Source: the human T2T-CHM13v2.0 reference genome, Homo sapiens. Taken from it: 64,000 bases of DNA. The DNA lies in NCBI RefSeq assembly GCF_009914755.1, contig NC_060931.1; one strand, written 5' to 3'. Of the stretch, positions 28,955-41,292 are shown in pieces (the stretch's first letter is position 1; every line of letters starts with the position of its first letter). Below the pieces are notes generated by a model. It saw only the letters and a list, made by a program, of their open reading frames with translations, was not told where the DNA came from and searched no databases. Position numbers and translations under genes: made by a program.

Positions 28955-30126
28955 ACATCTCAAAGATTGCTAATGCTTACTAATACCTGTATGTTTCCTG
29001 TTATTTTGGGCACAAAGCTAAGTTTTATATCCTAATCCCTTTTCAATTATGTAGGACTCTGTGACTGATATAGAGTCAATGGAATATGAGCAAAAGTGAT
29101 GCAATCTCTTGGAGGCCTGGCTTACAGAAGCACACGTTGACCTCTGTTCTTCCCTTTTCCAAACTTGGAAGACATGTTGAAGATATTGCCTCCGAATGCC
29201 TAGTATCACAACCTGGAAGGGGCTCTGGAGTGACAGGCAGACTCTTATTGATAATAACAATGGTCTGTGGTCTGAGAAAGTAATACACCTTTATCATTTT
29301 AGATGCTCTCTTAGAGAATCTAGATTTATTTATTCTCATAGAATACATGCAACAGGGATTTAAAGTGATGTGTAGGGTATGTGTATGAGTGTATGATTGA
29401 TATGTAGTTTTTTATGTATTAGCATGGAAAGTTATTTCAAATATATAGATTAGAATGTCAGCAGTGATAATTTGGGGATACTTTTCTTCATCATTTTCAT
29501 ATTTGTTATAGAGTATTTTCCAAATTTTGTAATGTTTGTCATAGCATATGTATTTTTTAATCTTTAAACAAGAAAAATGAATATTTTATGAGGAAAATAA
29601 ATTCTCGCCTATATTTTTATTTTTACTGTTTTTGTTATTTTCTAGTTTTCTTTTCTCTTATTTTGATGGCTTACTTTCTTTGGCTTTTGGGCATCCAGTC
29701 ACCAAGATCCAACAAGTTACCTGCCTAAGAAAGATGATTACATGCCCTTCTTGTTGCCCACTCCCTCAGCTGAGAAACTTCTAGACTGTAGGGACTGGAA
29801 ATTGTAGATGTCATACTAGGGAGAACTAAGTCAGGAGACCTGCTGGGACTCCTGTAGCAGAGATAGGGTAGGAAGAAGAAGCCAGGACCTGATGTGCTGG
29901 GTGGAAAGTGTGGCTGAATGATGAGAAATCACTTTTTATTGCCCTAATTCAGTCTTGGTTTTGCTTTTGCCTTTTGTAATTCTTTACCTTTTTTTCAGTT
30001 CCAGAAGTTCCTATTACATCTCTTCTTTTGTCTTGACCTCTTCTGTCTTTATGGTTCTCTGGTCCTGTTTTTTTAAGATCATACCCTCCGTGTCATTTTG
30101 AAGACACCAAGCCAATATATGCTAAA

Positions 30127-30252
30127 TTTTTTCTTCCTTCCTTTTTGTCTTCCTTTCTTCCTCCTTCCCTGGCTTTTCATTCTCTCTCCTTCCCTCCTTC
30201 CTTATCTTCCCTCCTTCCTCTTTCCCCCTCCTTCCTTCCTTCCTTCCTCTTT
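30127..30252. repeat. CT-rich low-complexity / (TTCC)n
   Basis: Polypyrimidine tract with cttc repeats. Confidence 0.85.
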
Positions 30253-30459
30253 TGTTGTTGAAAGCCATTTTTAGAAATATGATCTTCTAAGTTTTCAGAA
30301 AGCAGTACCTTTTCCATAAGCATCAGGATATTTTATGAATCACCTCATGTTTTTAATTTGTTTATTTGTTTCTCCATATTTTAATAGAGAAAGATCTTTC
30401 TAGACCAACAGATGATATGTTGGCTTAGAGGGTATCAAAGAGATTCAAAGAGAAATAAG

Positions 30460-30950
30460 AAAAGTACCTGCCTCCTGAGCCTACCATCCCAACATGACCC
30501 CAACATTCTAACAGCTCATCACAATACCAAATAACCTTGTGACAGAGGGATGCACAGAGTATTCTGGGTTGTAGACAAGGGAGAAAGGAATGCTGCCTAG
30601 AGGTATGAGGGAAGCACTGAGAAGAATAAATGTGGCCGGGATCTTGAAGAATGGCTCATAATTGACTCAGTAGAGGAGAAGAAAAACCAGCATGTGTAAG
30701 GTTGGGGGATGAAGAAAGCCTGAGAATGAGTAATGGAATAGGGAGAATGTGGGTGATGCCTGAGGACAGAGGGGCAGGCAGCAGGCAGTCATGCAGGGAC
30801 TGGTAGGCCGTGCTGATGATTTTAGATTGTACTTCGAGGGCAAGAAAGGAGCCACTGTTATGTTTAAGTAAGGGGAGGACGTGAAAAGTCCTGTATTTTG
30901 AACAGCTTCTTTTGGCAAGGTGGCAGCTTAGAGGACATAACCAAAGAGTG
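30460..30950 (-). mobile_element. L2 fragment
   Basis: gtcatgcaggg...tttagattgtacttcgagggcaagaaaggagccactg...tttaagtaagggg. Confidence 0.6.
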
Positions 30951-32725
30951 GCACTGGGCCTGGGGTGATTTCCTCCCTGAAGGACCCCTGGAAACTGGTG
31001 GGTCCATGGGCAAGATGGTACCACTTACTGTGAAAATATGCTTTCCCGGTCCTTCATTCAAAAGACTCCAGTGAACCATTTTCCTTCCTCCTATTTAAAA
31101 ACAAATATTTCCATTATATGAGGCATTTAAAATATCCCTGGATTGTTCTTTCTAGTTAAAAATGTATTTTATATAGTTGTACTTTGTTTATAAGGCTGCC
31201 TTTGCTTTTAAATAATCTGAAAATCTACTCAGTGGCTGAAGTAGTGACAAATGTTTTGCTTCACTTTGAAACTCTTCCATATTAATTTCTCCTTCTGTGT
31301 CTCCTGTGTTCTGTTCTCTGAACTTTGGAGACATTAACATGCAGCTCAGTTTGTGTCTGTCACCTTCTTTCTGCCTGCTGGGATGTGGGGAGGCATGTCA
31401 GCTTGCCAGTCCCCTTTCCAGGGCCTTGTACTCCGGGCCTGTCATGGCATCTGCCAGGCTGTGTTTGTTCACAGGGCCTTTTGGCAGCTCCAGTTTCTTG
31501 TGAAAATAAGATAATATGTGTAAGACAAACGATTGCTGCCAAGTGTTAGGATTTGGGCTGTGGGTGCTGTGGGTGGTGGTGGGTGATGTGCATTGAGCAG
31601 TAGCCACTGGGAAGTCATTTACAATGATGTTATGGCAATTTTGTTAGGTGGAGTTAAATCCTCTCTCCAACAGCCTCTTTTTGCATAGGAGCAGAGACAT
31701 CAAGAAAATACAGTTCTCTGCCTGTGTTCCTTATCCCCTTGGGAGCCTTTCTGTGGTTGATGTTAGGCAGTGTCTCTCCTGTTGATAGTCATCATTCTAC
31801 GAGATGCTCAAAGGCAGCTGGAAGAGAAGCTTCTCCTGGAAACGTAGAAGCCAGCGGAGTGAGGAACAACTGATGGGGCAAAAGGTGTCCCAGAAATATA
31901 TTTCTTTAAGGAAGCTTATGGGGAATTTTACTGCATTAAGTTTTCTTTTAATTATCTAGTGTACCTGATTGGATCTTTATGGCTTTAGTCAATTCAGGCT
32001 GTCCTAACAGGCAGCCATGAAGGCTGATAGTTGGAATTTGAGCTTGAACATCAGGACTAATTGAACTCCTGTGTGGTCTGCTGCAGCAAACCCAAGGGCA
32101 GATTCTCTGCCACTCCTTCACAAGGTTTTGCCTAGGAGAGGATATGCTTCAGTCCTTGACAGATCCAAAAGGAAGCATGGCTGAGGACAGAGGTGTGTCT
32201 TGGAAGACCATGGGTAAAAAGGCCAGAGTAGAGAAATTAGGGATTTTGAAAACTGAGGCCACCCTGGATGAAACCCATCACCCTTACAGTTCAATGCAGC
32301 TCTTTTCACATCCCTTGCTTTCTGTTCTGGGTCTCTAACCTTTTTCATGAACTCCAAGAGGCCTTTTGGGAACCCATTGGCTCACTTATACTCATCTCTT
32401 TCTTTCCTTTCCTTATGGGGTGAAGAAGAGATTTTGCATTTTGTTACACAATAAAATTTTCAGGAAAATTGTTGAAGCACCTCAAATACCTGATAGAATT
32501 ATTCTCAACTCTTGTTTAAATATTCTATTTCTGCTTCTTTTTTTTTTTTTTACAAAAACAATCATTTTAATAAGTAATATTTTAAACAAAGATTACAATT
32601 CATAGTGTTAACATTTCAAAAGTACAAATGCAGTAAATCTATAACATTGATAAGTTTGGAAATAATTTAGGCACAGGAGCAAAATGTTTTTCCTACAAAT
32701 AATACCTATACATTGGGTTGAGGCC

Positions 32726-32996
32726 AGTGTTTTTCAAATGTATTTTGTGAAATTCCATCCTTCAAAATGCTGTTGGAAAAATAATGTTGTGGAAAATAGT
32801 TAAGGAAATAGAGAATGCTGTTTCTTTTTCATAGAAATTCAAATTGCTTAAAGGCAAAAACTTAAGGAATATTGCAGAAACAAACACAAAAAAACAAAAC
32901 CTGTTTAATTGTGCTTAACTGAGAATTTCCTAAAGTTATGTGATCAAATAAGCTACCTACTCCTCATTTAAGAACAGAACCTTCTTGGGAAAATGT
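32726..32996. mobile_element. Charlie4-like hAT fragment
   Basis: cagtgtttttcaaatgt...ctgtttaattgtgcttaac...ttgggaaaatg. Confidence 0.45.
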
Positions 32997-33439
32997 TTCT
33001 CCAGATTCCTTTTGGTCACACTGAGAATTGTAGATGACACACAAAAACCCCAAATCACGAGATTGTGGGGGAGCACCTGTAGTCATATCATTTATTTCCG
33101 TCTATGAAAGTCCTCAAGCAATTCCAGAGAGATTAAAATCTATCTTTATTTTAAACATGGCCTGAAACTTCCCTCAGTAATCTCATTCCATTGTGTCATC
33201 ATAGCCTTCTTCCACATACCGACTCTAAGGCCTCAGGAATACAGTGTTTGAAAACATTTCTTCACATTTTGTCCTAAACATAGAAAAGGAACATCTGGTC
33301 TCAATCAAGCTACTGGGTAAGAGACTTTTGTGTAATTGAAATTGAGAACCATGATTTGAGCGGCTACTTAGGTTTCTCTACCTATACTAAACAAAGACAG
33401 AATCTGGCCTTTCTTTAGGTATCATGTTTTTTTATTTTT

Positions 33440-33610
33440 TTCCCCTGTATTTCCTAATGCCTGTCCATGTTTCTTCATCTACAAATCGGAGGCAGTTAGT
33501 GATAGCTTTGCCTATCTCCACAACTGGTGACAAACATTAATAAGATAAAGTACAAGGAGGCACTGTTTATTTGGAAGAGAACTATAAAAGTGCAAGGTGG
33601 TGTTATTACC
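33440..33610 (+). mobile_element. MIR fragment
   Basis: tgtttcttcatctacaaatcggagg...aagataaagtacaagg. Confidence 0.5.
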
Positions 33611-34265
33611 CTAAGCAATTTACAGGGCACACCAAAATCCAGGAGGCTTCAAAGTCAAATTCAAACCTTGAGTCTGGTTCCTGAAGCACTGGGAGGACAG
33701 TGTATGCTGGAGAAGGTGGGGCCCTGGAGGATGGGGTTCAAGGTCCATACTGGGCACTGGTCAGCTGCCCAGTTGTTCGGTCTCTAGGTAGAAACAAAAG
33801 GAACTGGTTTTGCTACACCCTAAGGACACGGGGCAATCTAAAATGACTTTGGAGTTTAGCGTCCTAAGGGAACTGTAAAAGAAGACAAGCATTCTCTTGC
33901 CTTATAGTTGGACCGTCAGATGGTAAATTGGGGAAAATATAGCACTGCCACACCAGTGACAGCTGAGGCGGCCTTAGCAAGCCTTATCCAAGGTGCCAAC
34001 CACACAGGCGAAGAGAAGCTCAATGCCACATGTTTGTTGCCAGCACAGTCTTATATCCATGATATCCCAAGGGATTCCATAAAATTAACAGACTCAGGGA
34101 GGCTTGGCAGGGAGTTGTAATTCCTGCAATAGTAAGTGGGAAAAAGAGCCAATGCAAGAGTAATTATTTCTGTTCATTTGACCCTGCTTTGAACTTTACC
34201 CTTTACTCTGTGCCTGGTGTAACATAGATTATAAATTTGAAACTGACACTCTCTATATCTCTATA

Positions 34266-34476
34266 TGTATATCTATAGATAGATATATCGTCTATATCTA
34301 TAGATAGATATATCGTCTATATCTATAGATAGATATATCGTCTATATCTATAGATAGATATATCGTCTATATCTATAGATAGATATATCGTCTATATCTA
34401 TAGATAGATATATCGTCTATATCTATAGATAGATATATCGTCTATATCTATAGATAGATATATCGTCTATATCTAT
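34266..34476. repeat. 25-bp quasi-palindromic minisatellite, about 8.4 copies
   Basis: Unit TCTATATCTATAGATAGATATATCG: 7 perfect copies 34291-34465, one 1-mismatch copy 34266-34290, partial copy to 34476. Confidence 0.97.
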
Positions 34477-34714
34477 CCATATCTATATATCTATATACCT
34501 ATCTCTGTATATATGTATTTGTATATATCGTGCTCCTATGGGAATAACCTCAAAAAGAGATTGGAGTAATCATGGAATAACCATGAGTTACGATTTGTGG
34601 CAATTACTCATCACTTTTCTTAATGCTTTGTGCTAATCTAGCATATCAGTACTTATTTTCAGAGTAATATTGAGATAACTGCAAAAGTAAGTTAACATCC
34701 CTTTTATTTGCACA

Positions 34715-34852
34715 ATGTTCAAGAGCATTTGCTCTGCAGTTAGTCTAGGTTCAAATCCTGGTTCTTCTACTTGCTAGCTGTGTGATTTTGGGCAAATTAC
34801 TTAATCTCTCTAATCCTCAGTTTCCTCAGCTATAAAATGGATAAATAATATT
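34715..34852 (+). mobile_element. MIR
   Basis: ggttcaaatcctggttcttctacttgctagctgtgtgattttgggcaaattacttaatctctctaatcctcagtttcctcagctataaaatgg. Confidence 0.9.
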
Positions 34853-35295
34853 GCAGAGACAAAAATAGTGCAGTGTTCTGAGGAAATGCAGAGAAGGGGT
34901 AATTGTCTATGAGGGGGCATCTGGAAAGTGTTCATGGACTGCTCTGTTCTCAGGAGGTAGTGAAGGGACAGGAGAAACAAGACGGGGAGAAAGGCTGGTG
35001 CAAGATCAGAGAGGTCTTAGGATGCCATCCTAAAGGGTTTGCATAAACTTCAAACAACCCTAATATATACACACTCCTCAGATATGGAATTGAGGCTACC
35101 TAAATTCTAAGAACTTGTTTGTGTTTTCTGACTGTATATGTACCTAGGAGGAAAGGGTTTGTTATTCACAATGTAATGGAGTAATGCCCTGTTTACCCAG
35201 TAAGATGCAATTCAACTTACTGTGTTTTAGAAAATAGCTGCCCCAGGTCTCTAAATCTTTCCATGGCAGAATGGGCCAGGGAGCTACCCTAGGTG

Positions 35296-35570
35296 TTCAT
35301 TCATCCACCCTTGCTCCCCCACACCTACCAATTCATCCACCCACCCATGCAACAAGTATTTACTATTGGCTCTTTGTCAGGCCCTGCCTGGGGTACTAAA
35401 GACATAGATATAAATAAAATCTGATACCTGCCCCCAAGAAGTGCACAGCATAGTTGGGAGATGCACATGCAAGACACGTTATGACCCGGTAAGGCAAGTA
35501 CTTTAGGAGAAGTCAGGATAGAGTTATGGGGCCCCCAGGGAGAATGGGGAGACATCACTGCAGGGGGCAT
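35296..35570 (-). mobile_element. L2 3' fragment
   Basis: ttcattcatccacc...caacaagtatttact...cctgcccccaagaagtgcacag. Confidence 0.65.
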
Positions 35571-35696
35571 TTCAGCTGCGCCCTGCACGGTGAGTAGAAG
35601 ATACACGTAACTGGCACCTTGAATGTGAATTACATGTAAAATAACACATCTTATTTAGTTGTATTGACTATTTGCTTTCATGGCAAAGGAGAGAAG

Positions 35697-35880
35697 GCAG
35701 CTAACATTTGCTTAAGGCCCATATGTGCCAGGTCTAGGTACTTTTACAGAAACTTTTCTCATTTTACTCTTAGCCAACTGTGAGGTAAGTACTATTTTTA
35801 TCCTCTTTTTACTGATGAGGAAACTGAGGCTCAGAGATGGTGAATACATTTACTCAAGGTCTCATAGCTAAAAACAAATG
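35697..35880 (-). mobile_element. MIR
   Basis: gcagctaacatttgc...tttactgatgaggaaactgaggctcagaga. Confidence 0.85.
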
Positions 35881-35974
35881 AGTTAAGAAACAAATATGAG
35901 TGGTTCAAGGCCTCCTGTCTGGGTTTAGATAATCAGTATAATAACAAAAATATAATTATTTCTAATAAAAGATA

Positions 35975-36280
35975 ATAATAGTGATAGAGTGATGATCTAT
36001 TGAGCATTTGCCAATGCTACCAGCCTTGGTTCTAGGTACTACATATATATATATATATATATATATGTGTACATATATACATATATATATATATATGTGT
36101 ACATATATACATAAATTTATATGATTGTTAAGCTCACCTTGAGACACAGGTGCAATTAAGATCATTGTCATATATTACAAATAAGGAAACTGAGGAACAG
36201 AGAGTTGAAATAACTTGTACAGTGTCATTCAGTGACACAGGCAGAGCCAGGACTCGAACCCAGGCAGTCCAGCTTCATAA
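35975..36280 (-). mobile_element. MIR with embedded (TA)n/(TACA) microsatellite (36040-36112)
   Basis: tattgagcatttg...ataaggaaactgaggaacagagag...gcagagccaggactcgaacccaggcagtc. Confidence 0.8.
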
Positions 36281-36563
36281 CACGTGATACAATCTGTACA
36301 GGGGTCAGGGGAGCCCAAAGTAGATTTCATTGTTTGCCCCTCCCACTCTAGTCAATGCTCATTTTACTAACACAGGGAAAGTTGTAATTCAAGTGAAATT
36401 AATTCAGAATAAATACCAGGGGATGTTTAGAGGATAAAAAGTAACAAAAGTATAATCTGGGGGTTGTGCAGGACAAAGTTTGTGTGCATTCTTGTAATTG
36501 TGATTGTAATGATTTCCTGTAGCAACAGGGCTGATGAGATTTAGAGACATAAAAGTGTCTCAG

Positions 36564-36862
36564 GGCCAGGCATGGTGGTTCACACCTGTAATCCCAGCAA
36601 TCTGGGAGGCCGGGGCAGGCAAATTACTTGAGGCCAGAAGTTCGGGACTAGCCTTGGCAACATAGTGAGACCCCCAACTCTACAAAAAATTAAAAAAATT
36701 AGCTGGGTGTGATGGTGTACACCTCTAGTTGTAGCTACTTGAAAGGCTGAGGTGGAAGGATCAGTTGAACCCAGGAGTTCGAGCCCATAGTCAGGTAAGA
36801 TCTCACCATTGTACACTAACCTGGGTAGCACAGTGAGGCCCCATCTATAAAAAAAGAAAAAC
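36564..36862 (+). mobile_element. AluJ
   Basis: Diverged dimer; gtgtctcag repeated on both flanks. Confidence 0.92.
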
Positions 36863-36989
36863 ACCTGTGTCTCAGACTGTTTTTTGTCCTACCACTTTCT
36901 TTTTTCCTCACTGAGTTCCTGCCTCAATATCAGTTCAGAGTTACGGCAAGGGACAAGTATCCTAGCTCACCTTATGCTAGGAATTATTC

Positions 36990-37112
36990 TGTGCCAAAGA
37001 ATGTTAATCCACATGCAGTGGGTCTGGGGATGGTCAAAGAGTCTACATTTCTTAAAGGTCCTAGGCGATGCTGATGCTGCAGGCCCAAGGATCACACCTG
37101 GAGAAGCATGGA
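36990..37112. mobile_element. MER5A fragment
   Basis: cagtgggtctgggg...ctaggcgatgctgatgctgcaggccc...gagaagcatgg. Confidence 0.65.
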
Positions 37113-37290
37113 CACCTTGTTGTAAACAGAAGATCTACTGCTGACCACAAGCTAGCAGCCATGAGCTATGGCTGATGTAAGGAAGGACACAGAAGAACAG
37201 ACCAGCCAGGGTGAGTGAAAGCCAAGGTTTCCTGCCCATTTTCCTAACCCGTGATAGTTTCCAGAGCTACTGGGTAGCATAAGATAATAA

Positions 37291-37596
<306 letters not shown>

Positions 37597-38469
37597 AATA
37601 ATTAATATTTTTAATGAGGTGACCTTCTTTTGCAAATACAGTCATTGTCTTCTGGATGATATATCGAATAAATTAGGAAAGTATATAATATGTGATAAAA
37701 ATATTTCCATCAAGCATTGTTAAATTAAACAGCGTGGGAGTTGCAGGTAGTGAACATCTGTTATGGAGAAAAAAAAATATCTCTGCAGATTTCCCGAAGG
37801 ATTAGGTAAATAAAGCATTATCTAAATTTGTAAAGCCGTTCTCTAAGCTCCTGTGGTGCCATGAATTCTGCTGTGGTGAGATAAAATTTCAAGGAAACAG
37901 CAGATGTTTCCTAACATATTGTTGCCTTGGCCTTCCTCTTATTGAGTTGCCCACTGCTGTGGGAGATGGCGGGCTCAGAATTAGTCAGTCCAGTGTCTGA
38001 ATAGACGCCACTGTTATGAACACTTCTGGTAATAGAGCCGGAGCCAAGATTTTTGACAGAAAAAGAGTTTTCTTGGGTTTTTAAAGAGTGAGGAAAAATT
38101 CAAGATGATGGGAGAGCTTGATTTGCTTCTAGTACACGAAATCAAATCTGATTTGTTGGTAGGATACTCAAGGACGCAAAACCTTAGACCCCAGTGGATA
38201 CCTGAGAAGTGAAGGGGTCTTCTTTATCCCTCAGCCGAGCCCTAGATCTGGGGAAGGGAACTCCAGATGAGTTGGGGACATGGCAGAGCATCTTTTTTCT
38301 GGGTGTAGCCTGAAGAGGCAGTGAATCCATGGGCCAATGTGGGTGAGGTACAGTGGAGATTGGATTGTGTGAGGGGCATTGCTAGAGTGGCTATATTTAG
38401 GGACTTTATTTTCTCCTGAAAATATCATCAATCCCCTCTTTTAAAAATGTGTCATTTGTTTTGCCTATT

Positions 38470-38720
38470 TTTTGAACTTTGTGTAGTTTTCTTTAGTGAC
38501 TTGCTTTTTTTTTCCTTTGCCTAATACGAGCTTTTGAGATTCCTCCATGTTAACCTGTCCCTGTAGTTCACTGTTTCCCCTGCTGCATTCTACTCCATTG
38601 AATAAGCACACCACCGTTTATCCATTCCATTGTGATGAATTTGGGGGTGGTTTCTAGTGTATTTTGCTGTTACAAACAAGGCTTCTATAAATGTTTTTGC
38701 ATGTGTTTCATGAAAAGTTT
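38470..38720 (-). mobile_element. L1ME fragment
   Basis: ttttgagattcctccatgtt...tttatccattccattgtgatgaatttggg...ttttgctgttacaaacaaggct. Confidence 0.7.
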
Positions 38721-38729
38721 CTTTTTACG

Positions 38730-39240
38730 GCCATACTTCCTGACCCATCATGACAGACATAGAAAATGACAGCATTTGTTCAACACACAGGGGTAAACTG
38801 GAGGGTGTTTGGAGGCATCTCCATGGGTCTTGGTGAAAAAAGAATTTTTTTATATTACATAATTGTATTAAAAAATGAATTTGTATAAAATTTCCGCATG
38901 GAAGCTTTCAACATTTTTAAAAAGAGAAACTTAAGCTTTCCTCCTTGAACATAATTTTTTTTTTAAGTCAGGCTTTATGCATGAAATGGTTACATGCAAT
39001 TTCTGGTCAAGATTTAAAATGATGATGTCTTTAAATTCTTGATAGTCACCACTGATGAAAACCATTGCTGTCAAGGTAGGTAATAAAAATTTTAAAATCA
39101 TTTAATAACAATTCAAAAATGATAATGAGTCAAAAAGCTCTGTTTTTTCATTGACAAGCGTTACATTGAAAATACCTTGCTAACGCAACTCAATTTTAAA
39201 TTCAATCAAACATTTTTATATCAACTGTTACAAAATAATG
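38730..39240. mobile_element. hAT-Charlie-family DNA transposon fragment
   Basis: catagaaaatgacagcatttgttcaacacacaggggtaaac resembles a Charlie subterminal sequence; right boundary uncertain. Confidence 0.4.
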
Positions 39241-39724
39241 AGGAAGCTCTGATTTGCTGAGTAGGCTTGCATGGCTAGAGTAGTCACCCTGCTGCTAAAT
39301 GGATGTCGTAAAAGAGACCTTCTGCTACAAACTGCTGGAACCATTCAATTTAGACCTCTGACTAATGCTACATCTTCCAGTATCCTGTCTGACCTCCCAG
39401 CAACCAGCCCTAGAACCCAAAAATGAGACTTCTCAGTTTGTACACTTTGAGAGGAGCTACCCCACTGGTATTTAGGGAGGAAAACCTAGCTGTGTCTTGG
39501 ACCAAAGGGCTGCTGGAGGACTTCCTTGTTTGTGTGGCACAAGAGGTAAATATCCAAGTTGGAGAGGATGTCTTTCTTACTCGTAGGGTGTTGTGGATGG
39601 GAAGCATGAATGGGATTTTGTTCAAGGGGCTCCCAGCCTACTGGGTGTCTTGCTAATTCTGGGTCTCCTCCACTTCAGCCAGTACTGAAGAGCAGTCAAA
39701 AGCTACAGCCCAGAGGGTGCTGCT

Positions 39725-39893
39725 GGCTAGAAAGCTTGGCTCACCTTGGAATCATCTGGATGTTTTAAACAATACTGATGTATGGGTCTTATGCCAGAGA
39801 TTCTTTTTTAATTGTATGGGTACAGCCTAGGGATCAGGATTTGTAAAAAACATACCAGGTAACTGTGATATACAGCAAAGTTTGAGATCCACT
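39725..39893. mobile_element. MER5-family MITE
   Basis: ttggaatcatctgg...cagagattc...caggtaactgtgat...aaagtttgagatccact. Confidence 0.65.
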
Positions 39894-39894
39894 C

Positions 39895-40960
39895 TTAGAA
39901 ATGGACTTTTTGGATTGTAAATTAGAGCATTTTGAATTCTACTCCGCAATCCCTAATTGTTTTACAAAGTGGTTGCACCTGTGTACCTGTAGTGCCTGAG
40001 TTCCTGATCATTGCTTTCTATCCTTATGCGATGCTTGTTATTTCATCAAGTTGGTGGTTGTGGGATGGTATTTCGCTGTGATTTTAACTTGCATTGCCTT
40101 GTCTATGACATTCAGCATATTTTCATATATTTGATGGCCTTTCCTGTCTCCTCTTCTGTGAAATACCTATTCAGGTGTTTTGCTCATTTTTTTTATTAGG
40201 TTGTTTGCTTTTTTCTTATCAATTCATAGACATTCTTTTACTCTGGATATTAATCTTTTGTCAGTTAAATGTTTTACAAATATATTCTCCCAGGTTGTGC
40301 CTATCTTTTCAACTTTTTATGATGTCTTGGTGAGCAGGTCTTAATTTTAATGTTTTTAAATATATTATAGCTTTTAAAAATAGTTCCCCCTGCCAGAGTG
40401 GTTTTTTTTGTTTTGTTTTGTTTTTTGTTTTTTTTTTTGGAGGCAGGGTCTCACTCTGTCACCCAGGCTGAAGTGCAGTGGTACAATTATGGCTCACTGC
40501 AGTCTTGACCTCCTGGGCTTGGGGGATCCTCCTGCCTTAGCCTCCTGGGTAACAAGGACTACAGGTGCATGTCACCACACCTGCCTAATTTTTCGTAGAG
40601 ACAGGATTTCACCATGTTGCCCAGGCTGGTCTGAAACTCCTGGGATTAAGCAATCTGCCAGCTGTGGCCTCCCAAAGTGTTGGGATTACAGGTGTGAGCC
40701 ACCATGCCCAGCCTTATTTTGTCTTTTTAAAGACATTCTTTCCTTTCCTGAAGCCATAATGGTATTCTTTTGTTTTCTTCCAAAAGATTTAAAGTTTTGT
40801 TCTTTGCATTTAAGTCTTTATTTATGTCTACAATAGATTTTTGTGTATGTCTCTAGATAGGAATCTATTTTTTTTTTCCTTTTCTCGTGAAGACCATCAA
40901 CTATTCAGCAACATTATTAATTTATTCATCCTTCCCTTCCTAACCTGCAACAGACAGTTT
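39895..40960 (-). mobile_element. L1ME ORF2 fragment interrupted by AluJ
   Basis: tttacaaagtggttgcacc...ttttaacttgcattgcc...tcttctgtgaaatacctattcaggtgttttgctcattt. Confidence 0.8.
40402..40713 (-). mobile_element. AluJ
   Basis: cagggtctcactctgtcacccaggctg...ggctcactgcagtcttgacctcctggg. Confidence 0.93.
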
Positions 40961-41159
40961 CTCAAACCAGGTGATAGGCTATTTCATGCCATTCTCACGG
41001 AACACGTGATTCAAATTTATGCCTCAGAAAAATTATAAATACTATGAGCTATTAGCTGTACAGCACTGTTATAGTCTTTATAGCTCATGTGAGGAAATAA
41101 AAAGGTGTTTTTTAAAGGGCATTATTTGTAAATGATTTAAGGACATCATGTATGAATGA

Positions 41160-41292
41160 TGATCGTGCCCATGTTACAGATGAGGAAACAGGCTCAGAGA
41201 GGTTAAATCACTTGTCCAAGGTCACACAGCCAGTGTTCAAATGCATTCTGGCTCCAGAGTCTGTGCGTTAAGCACTGTGCTGTGCTGCCTCT
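41160..41292 (-). mobile_element. MIR
   Basis: ttacagatgaggaaacaggctcagagaggttaaatcacttgtccaaggtcacacagc. Confidence 0.9.

Noticed and set aside
34266-34476. Regular 25-bp repeats as a CRISPR-like array
   Set aside because: Units are head-to-tail with no unique spacers, and the context is primate DNA; this is a minisatellite.
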